This document shows positions 36,561 to 46,730 of a stretch of 49,767 bases of DNA, piece after piece. The position numbers were made by a program, and so were the translations under genes. The notes under the pieces are model-generated. The model saw nothing but the letters and a program-made list of their open reading frames with translations. It was not told the DNA's origin and searched no databases. The DNA is from a virus: the IMG/VR virus record IMGVR_UViG_3300005095_000540; one strand, written 5' to 3'. The first letter of the stretch is position 1, and each line of letters opens with the position of its first letter.

Positions 36561-36863
36561 GTGAAAAACATGGACAAGGCCGAGAAAAACAGAACCAGAC
36601 ACCCAAAACTCACCGAAACAATAATTCATAGCATAATACTATCAATTCTTTCCTATATATTCTCGTATTTTACCGCAATAATAAGATTCGAAGACTATCC
36701 ACAATTAACATCAATAATGAACCATATAATAAGCCCAATATTTCTATTACTAACATATATATTCGCTGGCACAACAATAATATTTTCATTAATACTATTA
36801 GTGAAGAAGATAAGACTAAGATATTCAAAAACCCATTCTATAAAACATGACGATGAAAAATAA
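36561..36863 (+). CDS. Two-TM membrane protein
   Basis: Two hydrophobic helices. Confidence 0.65.
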   Translation: MKNMDKAEKNRTRHPKLTETIIHSIILSILSYIFSYFTAIIRFEDYPQLTSIMNHIISPIFLLLTYIFAGTTIIFSLILLVKKIRLRYSKTHSIKHDDEK

Positions 36864-36953
36864 ATAAAATCATGATCCTACCCATTATTTTCTAGTCTAG
36901 TCATAGTTATATAGCATAGTTATGGTATAATAGATCATAGGAGATGAGACGCT

Positions 36954-37718
36954 GTGCTCTTAAGCAAGAAGAAACAAGACAATCCGCTACTAGGGCTGTT
37001 CAAGCAAAAGATAAAACAGGCATTCACAAACATAGTGCTCCCAAAATACATCGAGGAACCACTATACAGCCAGAAAATACTATCACTACTCGACTTCATC
37101 CAGCGTGCTTCAAAGAACATATGGCTCGTAACACAGAGCCCACAGTACCTCCCCTACCAGTGGAAAATATACTTTGCACAGCTAAGAGAAAACCTGCCAT
37201 ACAAGTATGCAGTAGTGGTATTTGTCAAAAACAATAACATGACAATACCCCTAGTCCGCATAAGCTTCACGAAAAAACTATCCAAAGCACTAGACACACT
37301 AAGAATGAATGTATCATCAATAAAGGACGATATAGAAGAATATGTGTCTGACCAAGCCGATGAAACTGCTCTAAAACGGGTAGAAAAAATAATGCAGACA
37401 CCCGAGTATCAGCAAGCACTATCAATTCTGGCAGGACTACTAGGCGTAGAGCCGGAGAAACTAAAAGACCCGATAAACTACTCGCTAAAACACAGCCTGG
37501 CCGAAGAACTAGCCAAGGAATACCGTGTGAAGATGCAGAACGACATAGAACAATATAGGGCGCTAGAGGAAAAACTAGTAGACATAAAGGACAAGGCGGA
37601 GCAAGAGGAAGAAATAATTAACGAGATGAAGCAACAGGGCAAAACTGTGAAGCCAAAAATATTCGTGGAGAACATTGCATCCGAGCTGGGCTTCACCAGA
37701 ATAGAACGGTTCATGTAA
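36954..37718 (+). CDS. Hypothetical protein with C-terminal coiled coil
   Basis: 254 aa. Confidence 0.75.
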   Translation: MLLSKKKQDNPLLGLFKQKIKQAFTNIVLPKYIEEPLYSQKILSLLDFIQRASKNIWLVTQSPQYLPYQWKIYFAQLRENLPYKYAVVVFVKNNNMTIPLVRISFTKKLSKALDTLRMNVSSIKDDIEEYVSDQADETALKRVEKIMQTPEYQQALSILAGLLGVEPEKLKDPINYSLKHSLAEELAKEYRVKMQNDIEQYRALEEKLVDIKDKAEQEEEIINEMKQQGKTVKPKIFVENIASELGFTRIERFM

Positions 37719-37784
37719 CTATAGTTTTTCACCTTTTCTAGTCATCATCCTAGTTATAAACCATTCCCAGCCCTTATACTATAG

Positions 37785-38552
37785 ATGGGTGAAGTAATGA
37801 GCAGACACCGTTCTAAGGTGCTGGAGAAGCTGGAAAGACTAGCCAAGATAAACAGAGTTATTCTATCGGTGAACAAGGCAACAGCAATACTCTTCATACT
37901 GTTCAACATCATAATGATCGGCATAACAATAAACTATGGAGCCACAGCCTACAACTACATAAACACTATAACACACAGTAATCCCAATACAACCGTAGCA
38001 GTAATAATCTTCAACAAAACAATACCTAGGATATACGATGTAAACACTAACACTACACCATGGCCCAATATATTCCATCCTATCAACAATACAGCCGTAG
38101 CAATAACCACAGACACACTAGGAACAACAATAATATTGGTCACAATAATAGCTACAATACTATACTCGTTCGGAATACTAGGCTTCATAACCCTCACATT
38201 CATAGTTACAGGGGCACATGGAACACTAGATATTAAGAAAATACGTGAAGAGATAGAAGAATCTAGAAAACCAATAACACTAAAACGTATAGCTAAAGCA
38301 TTTATTGACTGTATAATATTATTGATTGCATTCGAAGGAGCACTCGTAGCACCAGTAACAGGTATATTGCTAACAAATATACTGACAAAAACCATACCAG
38401 CATACATAGGTGCCTCACACACGTTACATATGCTAATGAACCTATACATCATATTATTCACAGTGTACCTATTAACCATAGCAATACTGAACATGATACA
38501 AATAATGGCTCGCGGCATTGTAGAACGAGAGGAGGCACTACGTCTTGATTGA
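37785..38552 (+). CDS. Four-TM membrane glycoprotein
   Basis: Four hydrophobic segments; NTT, NKT, NTT, NNT sequons. Confidence 0.75.
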   Translation: MGEVMSRHRSKVLEKLERLAKINRVILSVNKATAILFILFNIIMIGITINYGATAYNYINTITHSNPNTTVAVIIFNKTIPRIYDVNTNTTPWPNIFHPINNTAVAITTDTLGTTIILVTIIATILYSFGILGFITLTFIVTGAHGTLDIKKIREEIEESRKPITLKRIAKAFIDCIILLIAFEGALVAPVTGILLTNILTKTIPAYIGASHTLHMLMNLYIILFTVYLLTIAILNMIQIMARGIVEREEALRLD

Positions 38553-38853
38553 ACCAGTATTTAATCTACGTAAATACATATTCTACGCCATAATAGTGTA
38601 TATACCGCTTCTAGTACTTACATTCATTATACCAATAAAGAATGGTGATGAACTACTAGGTATGGTAATGACCTATATCCTATCATTCTTCTATGTCTCA
38701 GTCCTAGCGTTTCTTGATGACAACTGGGAGCCAAAACAAGTGGTAATATATATACCAAGAATAGGCTATGTTGATATGATGAGTCTAGCCATGGACATAC
38801 TCCTAGCAATAGTCTTTATATTAATAATAATTCATCACATATTTTTCTCCTAA
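38545..38853 (+). CDS. Three-TM membrane protein
   Basis: 102 aa, hydrophobic. Confidence 0.65.
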   Translation: MIEPVFNLRKYIFYAIIVYIPLLVLTFIIPIKNGDELLGMVMTYILSFFYVSVLAFLDDNWEPKQVVIYIPRIGYVDMMSLAMDILLAIVFILIIIHHIFFS

Positions 38854-38990
38854 ACCAATTATAACAATCCCCACTAGTCATATCAAGCCATGTCAATAGT
38901 CTTCAACAAACTATTCAATAACATATTCCACATGGTTTGTAATACAACAAATATAACAATAAAACTATAAATGAAATTATTTTTATATAG

Positions 38991-39080
38991 TGTTTCGTAA
39001 TCGGGCGAATACGAAACATGTACGCAAAGGTTACCAATAAATATCTAGCTATACAAAAATGTATCATAAAGGGTGATACA
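38991..39080. promoter_or_regulatory. Candidate res site for the serine resolvase
   Basis: TGTTTCGTA-N10-TACGAAACA (38991-39018, 28 bp) and TGTATCA-N7-TGATACA (39060-39080), directly upstream of the resolvase gene. Confidence 0.5.
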
Positions 39081-39082
39081 AA

Positions 39083-39694
39083 ATGTACAGAAAACCCATC
39101 GTAACCTACCTCAGAGTATCAACAGACAAACAAGACCTAGAATCCCAATGGATGGCCATAGATATGTGGGCCAAAACAAACAACATAACAATAGACGAGA
39201 GAATCATTGAGGAAGAACCCGCCAGCGGAGCAGAGGATAATAGACCCCGATTCCAAGAGCTCTGGAGCCGTGTAAAGGAAGGAAAGATCGGAACAATAGT
39301 TGTGGCAGAGCTCTCAAGGCTTTCAAGGCGCATGAGGACGCTTGTAAACTTCCTATATGATTGTTTTGAAAACAATGTCATGGTTGTAAGTATTCGTGAG
39401 GGCTGGCTGGAGGACGCTATGAAAAACGATATTGTGCGGCCAATAATCATAGCTGTTTTCGGGACTCTCTATGAGCTTGAAAGGAAAATGATAAGTGAGC
39501 GTACAAAGGCGGGCATAGCCCGTGTAAAGGCTCAAGGAAAACATGTTGGTCATCCCTTCAAGTTATCCGATAAAGAGGTAAAAATAATTGTAAAGCTGTA
39601 CCGTGAGGGTGTACCTATTAAGAGGATTGCGGAAAGACTAGGTGTAAGCAGAGCAACGGTTTACCGGTATCTGAAACGGGTAGGGGAAAAGTAG
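39083..39694 (+). CDS. Small serine recombinase (resolvase/invertase family)
   Basis: YLRVSTDKQ (catalytic Ser), ELSRLSR, ERKMISERTKAG, C-terminal HTH IAERLGVSRATVYRYL. Confidence 0.93.
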   Translation: MYRKPIVTYLRVSTDKQDLESQWMAIDMWAKTNNITIDERIIEEEPASGAEDNRPRFQELWSRVKEGKIGTIVVAELSRLSRRMRTLVNFLYDCFENNVMVVSIREGWLEDAMKNDIVRPIIIAVFGTLYELERKMISERTKAGIARVKAQGKHVGHPFKLSDKEVKIIVKLYREGVPIKRIAERLGVSRATVYRYLKRVGEK

Positions 39695-39709
39695 TTATAC
39701 ACATATATC

Positions 39710-40063
39710 ATGTACTATGAAAATAATTATGGGGGGGTGTTATGTATGGCACGGGTTACTAAACGTATTAGTAAGTCTGTGAGAAACAAACTTGGAAGAT
39801 GGTTTTATGGTGTTGTGAAAGCATATGGTGATAAAGTATGTATTGAATTTCACCATGTAGGTCGTGTTAGCAGTTATGTCAAACTGAAAAGGAATGGTGT
39901 ATTAGTTAAAAACCTTGAAAAACTAAGATATTTCGGCGGGTATGGAGATTCTCTAGGTAGTATCATGGGATTATATATTATTGCTTGTTCTAAAGAAGGT
40001 AAGGGTTATTACTTTGAGGATGAAGTTGAAAAGAAACTAGGTATCCCCTTATATTATTGGTAA
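39710..40063 (+). CDS. Hypothetical basic protein
   Basis: AT-rich ORF; the start may be the second Met (MARV). Confidence 0.6.
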   Translation: MYYENNYGGVLCMARVTKRISKSVRNKLGRWFYGVVKAYGDKVCIEFHHVGRVSSYVKLKRNGVLVKNLEKLRYFGGYGDSLGSIMGLYIIACSKEGKGYYFEDEVEKKLGIPLYYW

Positions 40064-40095
40064 ATCTACATTATACTATTATTTGGGGTTGAGAT

Positions 40096-40308
40096 ATGGA
40101 TTGGTGGTGTGAAATACTCTATTTTAGATATAATGATAATGCACGAACAATTAATGTTCTTGTATGTGCAACTGAAGATATACGACATCTTATACTTGAT
40201 GCTGTTGAATTAAAATATAAGAAGGAAGGCTATACTCTAGTTAAAGTAGATGTGATTGGACGGGTAAATAATGTAGCAGTTGCTGAGCACAAAAATGATA
40301 ATTATTGA
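40096..40308 (+). CDS. Hypothetical protein
   Basis: 70 aa, AT-rich. Confidence 0.55.
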   Translation: MDWWCEILYFRYNDNARTINVLVCATEDIRHLILDAVELKYKKEGYTLVKVDVIGRVNNVAVAEHKNDNY

Positions 40309-40322
40309 AAAAAGACTTAGGT

Positions 40323-41690
40323 TTAGTGTTTTTTCTTTATCATTATGGTTAGGGCTGTTGTTATTATGGCTATCATTGCTATTATGGCTATGTAGAGCTT
40401 GTATTGACGCTGTGCTTGTTGTTCTAGGATGTCTATCTTCTTGTTTTGCAGGGTTAGCTGTTTTGTTAGGTTGTTGAGTTTTTCCTGTAGGGCTTGTATG
40501 GTGGTTTCTAATTGTTTTTCCTTGGTGCTTGTTGTTTGGGATAGCTGGTTTATTGTTTGTTGTAGGTTGTTGAGCCGGGCTTGGAGTTGTGCTAGTCTTG
40601 CTGTTGTGGTGTTTAGTATTGTTTTTAGCTTTGTTATCTGGGTGTCTGTGTAGTTGATCCATGGCTTAGATGATAGTGTTGCAGTGGTTTTTGTCAGGGT
40701 GTTGTTGAGGGTTTGTATAATGGATTCCAGCTTCTCTGCCGTAGCGTTCAGCTTGCCGAGGAGCTCCATGCGTATCTTCTCCTGCTTATCAGCAAGCCCC
40801 GCTATCCCCGCCTGTAGCTTGTCAATGGTCTTGTTCAACACGCCGATCTCCTCGTTTATTAGGGCCACTTGTTTCTCAAGCAACGATAGGTCTGCCTGTA
40901 GCCTCGTCGTGTTCGTCTCCAATGCCTCCAGCTCCTTGTTCAACCGATCTATTGTCTGTGCCTGCCCCGCTACCTTATCCTCCAAACCGTTTACCATGGA
41001 CTGCAGGCTCTGTATTTGCTTCTCGATACCATTTATGGTTTTTGTAAAGGACTGGTTATCCACATAGCCGTTCACAACCCTAATCGTCTTACTAGCCACC
41101 AATACATGACGTCCGGTCACAAGGCTCACATACACAACGCCCAGCCGGTACGTGCCGCTCGGCAACCCAGGGACAACAGCAACCGTGTCCAGCGTCTCAT
41201 TGCCACGAGCCATCACAAAACTATTCACAACCAAGCCATCCACCGTCACGAGATACCACTGGTAAGCCGCATACCCAGAGCCCTCAACACGTATATGATC
41301 CAAGGGCTCCACAGTAGAAGCATTAATATATAGCGATGGCACGGTCACCGTAAAACTAGCCAGCGCCTCAACACCATACTGATCAACCGCCTTAATAGTA
41401 TGGATCCCCGGCCCCGCATCAGGCGGGATCTCCACGTAGTCCCCGAACCAGCCGCCCCAATCAGCAGTCTCCGTAGCAATCAACCGGTCATCGAAATACA
41501 CGTATATCTTAGCACCACCAGTAAAGTTATACCCACTAATCCATATATCCACACCACGATGCCCATGATCCGGGAACAAGAATATCTCCGCACCATAGCT
41601 AGACGGTGAGCCGGCGTACACTAGGCCCTGCAACCCAAGACACGACACAAGAAGACCAACAAGAACGACAACACCCAACGCCCTATTCAT
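40323..41690 (-). CDS. Surface protein: signal peptide, two Ig-like domains, long coiled coil, C-terminal TM anchor
   Basis: Start MNRALGVVVLVG after AGGTGA. Ig-like motifs ISGYNFTGG...IYVYFD...PGIHTIKAVD and a second similar unit, then ~200 aa of heptad repeats and IAIIAMIAIITTALTIMIKKKH. Confidence 0.85.
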   Translation of the reverse strand: MNRALGVVVLVGLLVSCLGLQGLVYAGSPSSYGAEIFLFPDHGHRGVDIWISGYNFTGGAKIYVYFDDRLIATETADWGGWFGDYVEIPPDAGPGIHTIKAVDQYGVEALASFTVTVPSLYINASTVEPLDHIRVEGSGYAAYQWYLVTVDGLVVNSFVMARGNETLDTVAVVPGLPSGTYRLGVVYVSLVTGRHVLVASKTIRVVNGYVDNQSFTKTINGIEKQIQSLQSMVNGLEDKVAGQAQTIDRLNKELEALETNTTRLQADLSLLEKQVALINEEIGVLNKTIDKLQAGIAGLADKQEKIRMELLGKLNATAEKLESIIQTLNNTLTKTTATLSSKPWINYTDTQITKLKTILNTTTARLAQLQARLNNLQQTINQLSQTTSTKEKQLETTIQALQEKLNNLTKQLTLQNKKIDILEQQAQRQYKLYIAIIAMIAIITTALTIMIKKKH

Positions 41691-41750
41691 AGGATCACCT
41701 CTCTCAACTAAAGTATATATCAAGAAAAGACTTAAAAACAAGATGAAAAA

Positions 41751-42794
41751 CTAATAAGTAATAATCCTGTAATTGGCAATAAAATAGATTGTATATAGGT
41801 CGGTTTTCTTTTGCTTTGGGTTTCGCTTTATTAGTTTTTTCAGCTTTAGTGTTACAACTTGATACTTGTGTTCTTTGGCCCATTCTATAAGCCATGGAAT
41901 ATATGTTGATTGCTTCAATAAGAACTTACCCTTTAAGCGCTCAAGCCTATTCAATAAATCCATATAGTCGGCTTCCGTAAAACTATTGGTATCATAATAA
42001 GATACACCTTTCATCCCTTGTTCGGTTGATAAATATAGGTGTGGTGGATCAACATAGAAGAATGACTTATCACTATCATAGCGTTGTAGTATCTCTCGGA
42101 AATCAAGGTTTTCAACCACAACATGTTTTAGGCGTTGCCATATAAGTTTTACCTTACGAAGTGGTGACCAAATAGTCCTAGTTGGATGTCCTCCGCCTTT
42201 TAGTCCAAAACCTAGGCCAGCCGCATATTTACCAGCATAGCTAAGACGCATAACATAATAATAGGCTACTGCTTTATCTATGGGGTCTTTAAACTCATTG
42301 TTATCTAGCTTCTTTATGAAATCATAGTATAGTGTTCTGCTTGCCACTATGAATTCAAAGCGCTTGATGAATTCATCATATTTGTCACGCACAACCATGA
42401 ATAGATTTACAAGTTTATCATCCAGATCATTATATATATCGAGCTTGCTGGGAGGCTTGTTTAACAATAAAGGTGCTCCTCCTCCGAATACCTCGACATA
42501 TATTTCATGTGGTGGTATCATTTTTGCTATGTATGGCAGTAGAAATGAATCCCCTCCCATATACCATATTAGATTTAATTTGGGATTGTGTAATGGTATT
42601 TCTAAGGCTGTATCTCTTGGTACGCTATGGGTTTTCTTAGAACCATGCTTAATATACCACCCTATTTTTCTAGAAAAATACAGATGACCGATCTCACCAC
42701 ATTTGGGACAGACCACTAGAAGATTATGTGTATTACGTCGTATATTTTCTAAGTTCCAGTGTTGTATTTTGGGTTTGGATTTCTTAGAACCCAT
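41751..42794 (-). CDS. Dam/D12-class N6-adenine DNA methyltransferase with N-terminal Zn-finger-like extension
   Basis: WYMGGDS, YVEVFGGGA, IYNDLD, FFYVDPPH; N-terminal CPKCGEIG...YIKH. Confidence 0.85.
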   Translation of the reverse strand: MGSKKSKPKIQHWNLENIRRNTHNLLVVCPKCGEIGHLYFSRKIGWYIKHGSKKTHSVPRDTALEIPLHNPKLNLIWYMGGDSFLLPYIAKMIPPHEIYVEVFGGGAPLLLNKPPSKLDIYNDLDDKLVNLFMVVRDKYDEFIKRFEFIVASRTLYYDFIKKLDNNEFKDPIDKAVAYYYVMRLSYAGKYAAGLGFGLKGGGHPTRTIWSPLRKVKLIWQRLKHVVVENLDFREILQRYDSDKSFFYVDPPHLYLSTEQGMKGVSYYDTNSFTEADYMDLLNRLERLKGKFLLKQSTYIPWLIEWAKEHKYQVVTLKLKKLIKRNPKQKKTDLYTIYFIANYRIITY

Positions 42795-43084
42795 GTTTAT
42801 CTACCGTGTATAGTTTCTATTGATCTGTTGATTTAAAAGTTTGAGGATAGATGTATAAATAATCTATTATATGGTAGAATACTTATATGATACTAGAAAA
42901 ATATAATATTTGTTAATCATTGTTTCTAATATGTATGTATATGGTTTAAGGTGGAAAATATTAGAAAACATGATTAGTTATTATTGGTTTTATCTAAAGA
43001 CATATAAGTAAAACAAAATTTGAAACATAATACATAGTAGAGCATACTCTAGATTATAAAGCATCCACAAGCATAATCTATACT

Positions 43085-43792
43085 ATGGTGATGGATAGAT
43101 TGATTGATACGGCTAAGCGGCTAGCGGTTCTCGGGCTCTGCAACCTCATGGGAGCACACATCGTAAATGTGCTGAGGAACGTTAATGTGCTGAGGAACAA
43201 GGCGGATGCTGTTGTTATTGGCAACATGCATGGCGGGACATATGAGGTTGTTTATCTTGAACCGCTACGTTCTGGCCTTGAATCATATGCTCATGTATTT
43301 ATTGGTAAGAATGGCAGACCCGTTGTCCAGCGCTCGAATAAGAAGCGTCGATGGTGGAGGTTCTGGGAGAAAAACAAGTTGCTCAGCATGGCACGGCACC
43401 ATGCATTATATTTGTGGAAAGACACGGGGATCAAGGATATCCTGCACACCGTGGACTTCTATATCGGTGCACTAAATATTGATGGTAAACCCTATCGGCT
43501 CATCTATACCGGGATACAATACTATGATCCACATCTTGTGCTACCGGATATGATGGTTGCCTATATGGATCATAAATACTGTGTTGCTCTTAACCACTAT
43601 CGTTATCTTGATGATGGGGAGAAACGGGCTCTTGATATTTACAGGTATGATTCTGGCTTGTTGGCTCATGTGACGGCTTCTCTACTGTACATGGTCGCTT
43701 ATAGGTTGAGGGAGCAGGGTGTTCTGCGTAGGCTTGATGTTGATAATCATATGATGCTCTTCTATAGCTTGGTCGAGAAGCTCAAGATATAG
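43085..43792 (+). CDS. Hypothetical protein
   Basis: 235 aa. Confidence 0.75.
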   Translation: MVMDRLIDTAKRLAVLGLCNLMGAHIVNVLRNVNVLRNKADAVVIGNMHGGTYEVVYLEPLRSGLESYAHVFIGKNGRPVVQRSNKKRRWWRFWEKNKLLSMARHHALYLWKDTGIKDILHTVDFYIGALNIDGKPYRLIYTGIQYYDPHLVLPDMMVAYMDHKYCVALNHYRYLDDGEKRALDIYRYDSGLLAHVTASLLYMVAYRLREQGVLRRLDVDNHMMLFYSLVEKLKI

Positions 43793-43904
43793 CATAATGA
43801 TTATCATATGAGGTGTTGTTTACGTTGTTTACGGTATATCATGATCTGTATATAACATATATGTTTTCCTATAATTATATTATTATATAGGAGGGGCGAT
43901 AGGT

Positions 43905-44765
43905 ATGAAGGATAATGTTATAAGTAATGATTTTGATTGGTATTATGATCTATATAGGAGGGATAGGAAGATATATATTGTAGTGCTTCCGCCGGGTAAG
44001 CAGTTACAGTTTAAGTTCTGGAGCGAGTATTTTGTTGAGGTAAATCCGAAAGAATATGATATTGACAGTAAGAATGATCACAAGCATGGCGTCTTTGTCT
44101 GTTTTCCTATTGATGGTCATGGTGTTGGTGGTACGAAGCGTGAGACCTCTTTATCGTCTTCTCCTGTTTTTCCCCGAGCTATTGAGGTTATATATAAGCT
44201 TCAACGGAAGTTTATTGGTATTAGGCAGTTTATGAAACTGTATGATCTTGATGGTATGTATGAGGAGTGGGAAAAACGTTTCAAACTATTTAATTCAGGC
44301 ATAAGGTTCCGTGGGCGTAACATATGTATTGCCGGTAGTACTGGTCTTGGCAATTATTTCTTCATACGTTTGCAGAGCAGTTTCCATAGAGGGGAAAACA
44401 TGTATTTTCTCTATAACATTGACTATGTGACTAGGTTTCCCTATAGGGATTTCGTATATGATGTTGCGGCGGCTATTGTTAAATGGGTTACTGATATTAT
44501 GCCTCCCCTGTCGGATTATGGGCGTAGTCATGTTGCGGCTTTCCAGTATTATTGGGGTTTCTTTGAGAATGAGATCGGTGTACGTGTTGTTGATGAGAAT
44601 GGTAATCCTGCTAGGCATTTCTATTACCATGTATATAGTGTGGAAGACATAGTGGGTGTTATCGGTAAGGAAAGGCTGGATAGGGTAGAGTTTCTCGGGA
44701 TCGCTGTGATTGAGGATACTGCGGAGGGTCCGCGTCTTGTTGTTAAGCCATATGTTGTGGGGTGA
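43905..44765 (+). CDS. Hypothetical aromatic-rich protein
   Basis: 286 aa, GGAGGGG RBS. Confidence 0.75.
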   Translation: MKDNVISNDFDWYYDLYRRDRKIYIVVLPPGKQLQFKFWSEYFVEVNPKEYDIDSKNDHKHGVFVCFPIDGHGVGGTKRETSLSSSPVFPRAIEVIYKLQRKFIGIRQFMKLYDLDGMYEEWEKRFKLFNSGIRFRGRNICIAGSTGLGNYFFIRLQSSFHRGENMYFLYNIDYVTRFPYRDFVYDVAAAIVKWVTDIMPPLSDYGRSHVAAFQYYWGFFENEIGVRVVDENGNPARHFYYHVYSVEDIVGVIGKERLDRVEFLGIAVIEDTAEGPRLVVKPYVVG

Positions 44766-46198
44766 GCCACGCCTTGGTTATGGCTGAGCCTGTTTCTCGG
44801 CCTCACTTGTTCCCGAAGGAGATTGTTGAGAGTGAGATCTATAATAAGAAGATATTCTATGGGCTAAGCCCGCATGAGATCGAGGAGCGGTTGTGGTGGC
44901 GTGTCGAGCGTGTTCGTGAGCTGAACAAGGAGATATATCGTGTTGTCACGCCTATTTATGCTCCTAATATTGAGTCTGTGCATAAACGTTATGGTGCTGT
45001 TAGTGAGGTTGTTGTGCGTTATGTCTTGTCATATTATATGAAGGCTATACGTAAAGGCGGTATTTATGCCGAGAACATAAAGCATCTACTAGCTCTTTAT
45101 CTCATGATATTTCACTGGATTAAGACCGAGACGGTGCGAGAGGTATGTGCTGGTTTTGAGTATCTTTATGGTCTTTATGAGCATCTAACGGATGTACGTG
45201 ATTCCTGTATTGACAAGTATAGTAGTAGGACGGAGATAATTAGGTGTGTCATGGATAGTCTTGGTGTTGATGAGACAAGTATATCGGGGATGCGTAACGA
45301 GATAGTCAAGTTTATCCCATATCTTATAACTCGTTTCCACGAAGGAGGACACGTCCGTGTTCCACATGAGTTTATGCTTGATCATATTGATTATCGCTAT
45401 GCTTCTACTACTCCGTTAGCTAGCCACGTGGTCTCTAGTATTATCCGTAACTATGGGTATGGGGAGGAGAGCGGTAAACGTATCAGTGTCTCGGGACATC
45501 TTGGTGCTGGTAAGACTACCTTTGTGTTTCTCAGTCTGTATGCGGCTCTACGGTTCCTCGGTATCCCTAAGGAGCGTGCTGTGAAGTATATTCATGCCCT
45601 CATGTTCAACCACCCGATAGAACTGTTCATGTTCACGGATATGATTAACTCGGGTATTGTGGAGCGTGTACCGTTCCTAGTAGTGGACGACGTGTCTAGT
45701 ATCCTGTCCAAGTACTGGATCTTCGAGGATAGGTATATGAAGCAGGCTATGGTCGGCTTCAATAAGGCGATAAAGATCATACGTGAATCGGTAGGTATAA
45801 GCATATTTATCAGCGACGTGAGCGAGGCCATCGCTAAGGGTATCCGTGAAAGCATAGACATACGCATCGAGTCCGAACAAGTAGCCCCGACGAGCGTTAG
45901 TGCTCAGTACTATGAGGTCAGCCTCTGGATGGATACTACTACTTATCGCCCGGTATCAGCACGTAAGAGCGGCGAGCTACGATTGTCTCCCAGCACAGCT
46001 AACAAGATAGCGATGCTCACCGGCACTGCTACGCCGCCGTTCTACATTCCCGACCATGTCTACCGTGACCTGACAACGATAAAGAAGTTGATACGCCGCT
46101 ACCACATGAAGAAGACACGTGATGCCATGATGACACCGATAATAAAAATGATAAAGAACATGGAGAAGCAACAAGAGGAAAACAAAGAGGAAGAATAA
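44762..46198 (+). CDS. P-loop ATPase, putative genome-packaging/assembly ATPase
   Basis: VSGHLGAGKTT (Walker A), FLVVDDVS (Walker B), downstream Arg (IIRES); sits next to virion-type genes. Confidence 0.75.
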   Translation: MSHALVMAEPVSRPHLFPKEIVESEIYNKKIFYGLSPHEIEERLWWRVERVRELNKEIYRVVTPIYAPNIESVHKRYGAVSEVVVRYVLSYYMKAIRKGGIYAENIKHLLALYLMIFHWIKTETVREVCAGFEYLYGLYEHLTDVRDSCIDKYSSRTEIIRCVMDSLGVDETSISGMRNEIVKFIPYLITRFHEGGHVRVPHEFMLDHIDYRYASTTPLASHVVSSIIRNYGYGEESGKRISVSGHLGAGKTTFVFLSLYAALRFLGIPKERAVKYIHALMFNHPIELFMFTDMINSGIVERVPFLVVDDVSSILSKYWIFEDRYMKQAMVGFNKAIKIIRESVGISIFISDVSEAIAKGIRESIDIRIESEQVAPTSVSAQYYEVSLWMDTTTYRPVSARKSGELRLSPSTANKIAMLTGTATPPFYIPDHVYRDLTTIKKLIRRYHMKKTRDAMMTPIIKMIKNMEKQQEENKEEE

Positions 46199-46200
46199 CT

Positions 46201-46728
46201 ATGAATAATGTAAAATATTTATATCATTTTCACAGCCTTATAGTGTCGATATTCACATATGAGCCTAATATTGTTATAAAAATACTTAGAACAATGTATC
46301 CTAGATGGCGGGTATTCAGTAAAAATGTGAGGTTTATAAGGCCAGAATTTAGTACCGGTTTTCGATATGCTGATGTTATATGGGTTATGAAGGATGAGGA
46401 TCAGTATAATTGGTATTTACTTGCTTTTGAGATAAAAACTGGAAAATATAGATCGGAGTGGATGAGACAGATAAAAGATATAAGGATAGGCCTCTATGAG
46501 GCTTCAAAGAGACTTAGGAAACGGGGAATAATAAGGGGTAAATTAGCGTTGGTTCACCGATATATTTTTCTGGTTGGATGGAAGAGGGAGATAGAGAAGG
46601 TTAAAGAAAGGATAAAGGGTTCTGAGTTAGATCATGGTAAACTGCGTGTTATACCGTTAGAGTATTTTCGTGATATCTGTATTAGGCGTGCTAGAGAAAT
46701 AGTAGATTTGTTCACAAAATTATATTAG
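46201..46728 (+). CDS. PD-(D/E)XK nuclease-like protein
   Basis: E...YADVIW...AFEIKTG. Confidence 0.65.
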   Translation: MNNVKYLYHFHSLIVSIFTYEPNIVIKILRTMYPRWRVFSKNVRFIRPEFSTGFRYADVIWVMKDEDQYNWYLLAFEIKTGKYRSEWMRQIKDIRIGLYEASKRLRKRGIIRGKLALVHRYIFLVGWKREIEKVKERIKGSELDHGKLRVIPLEYFRDICIRRAREIVDLFTKLY

Positions 46729-46730
46729 TT

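Noticed and set aside
37155-37168. ORB-like ACCAGTGGAAAAT
   Set aside because: It lies inside a coding region (YQWKI) and lacks the leading T of TCCAG; probably chance.
37390-37440. TPEYQQA resembling a motif I recall from a bicaudavirus structural protein
   Set aside because: Only 6-7 residues of a common helical pattern; the rest of the protein gives no support.
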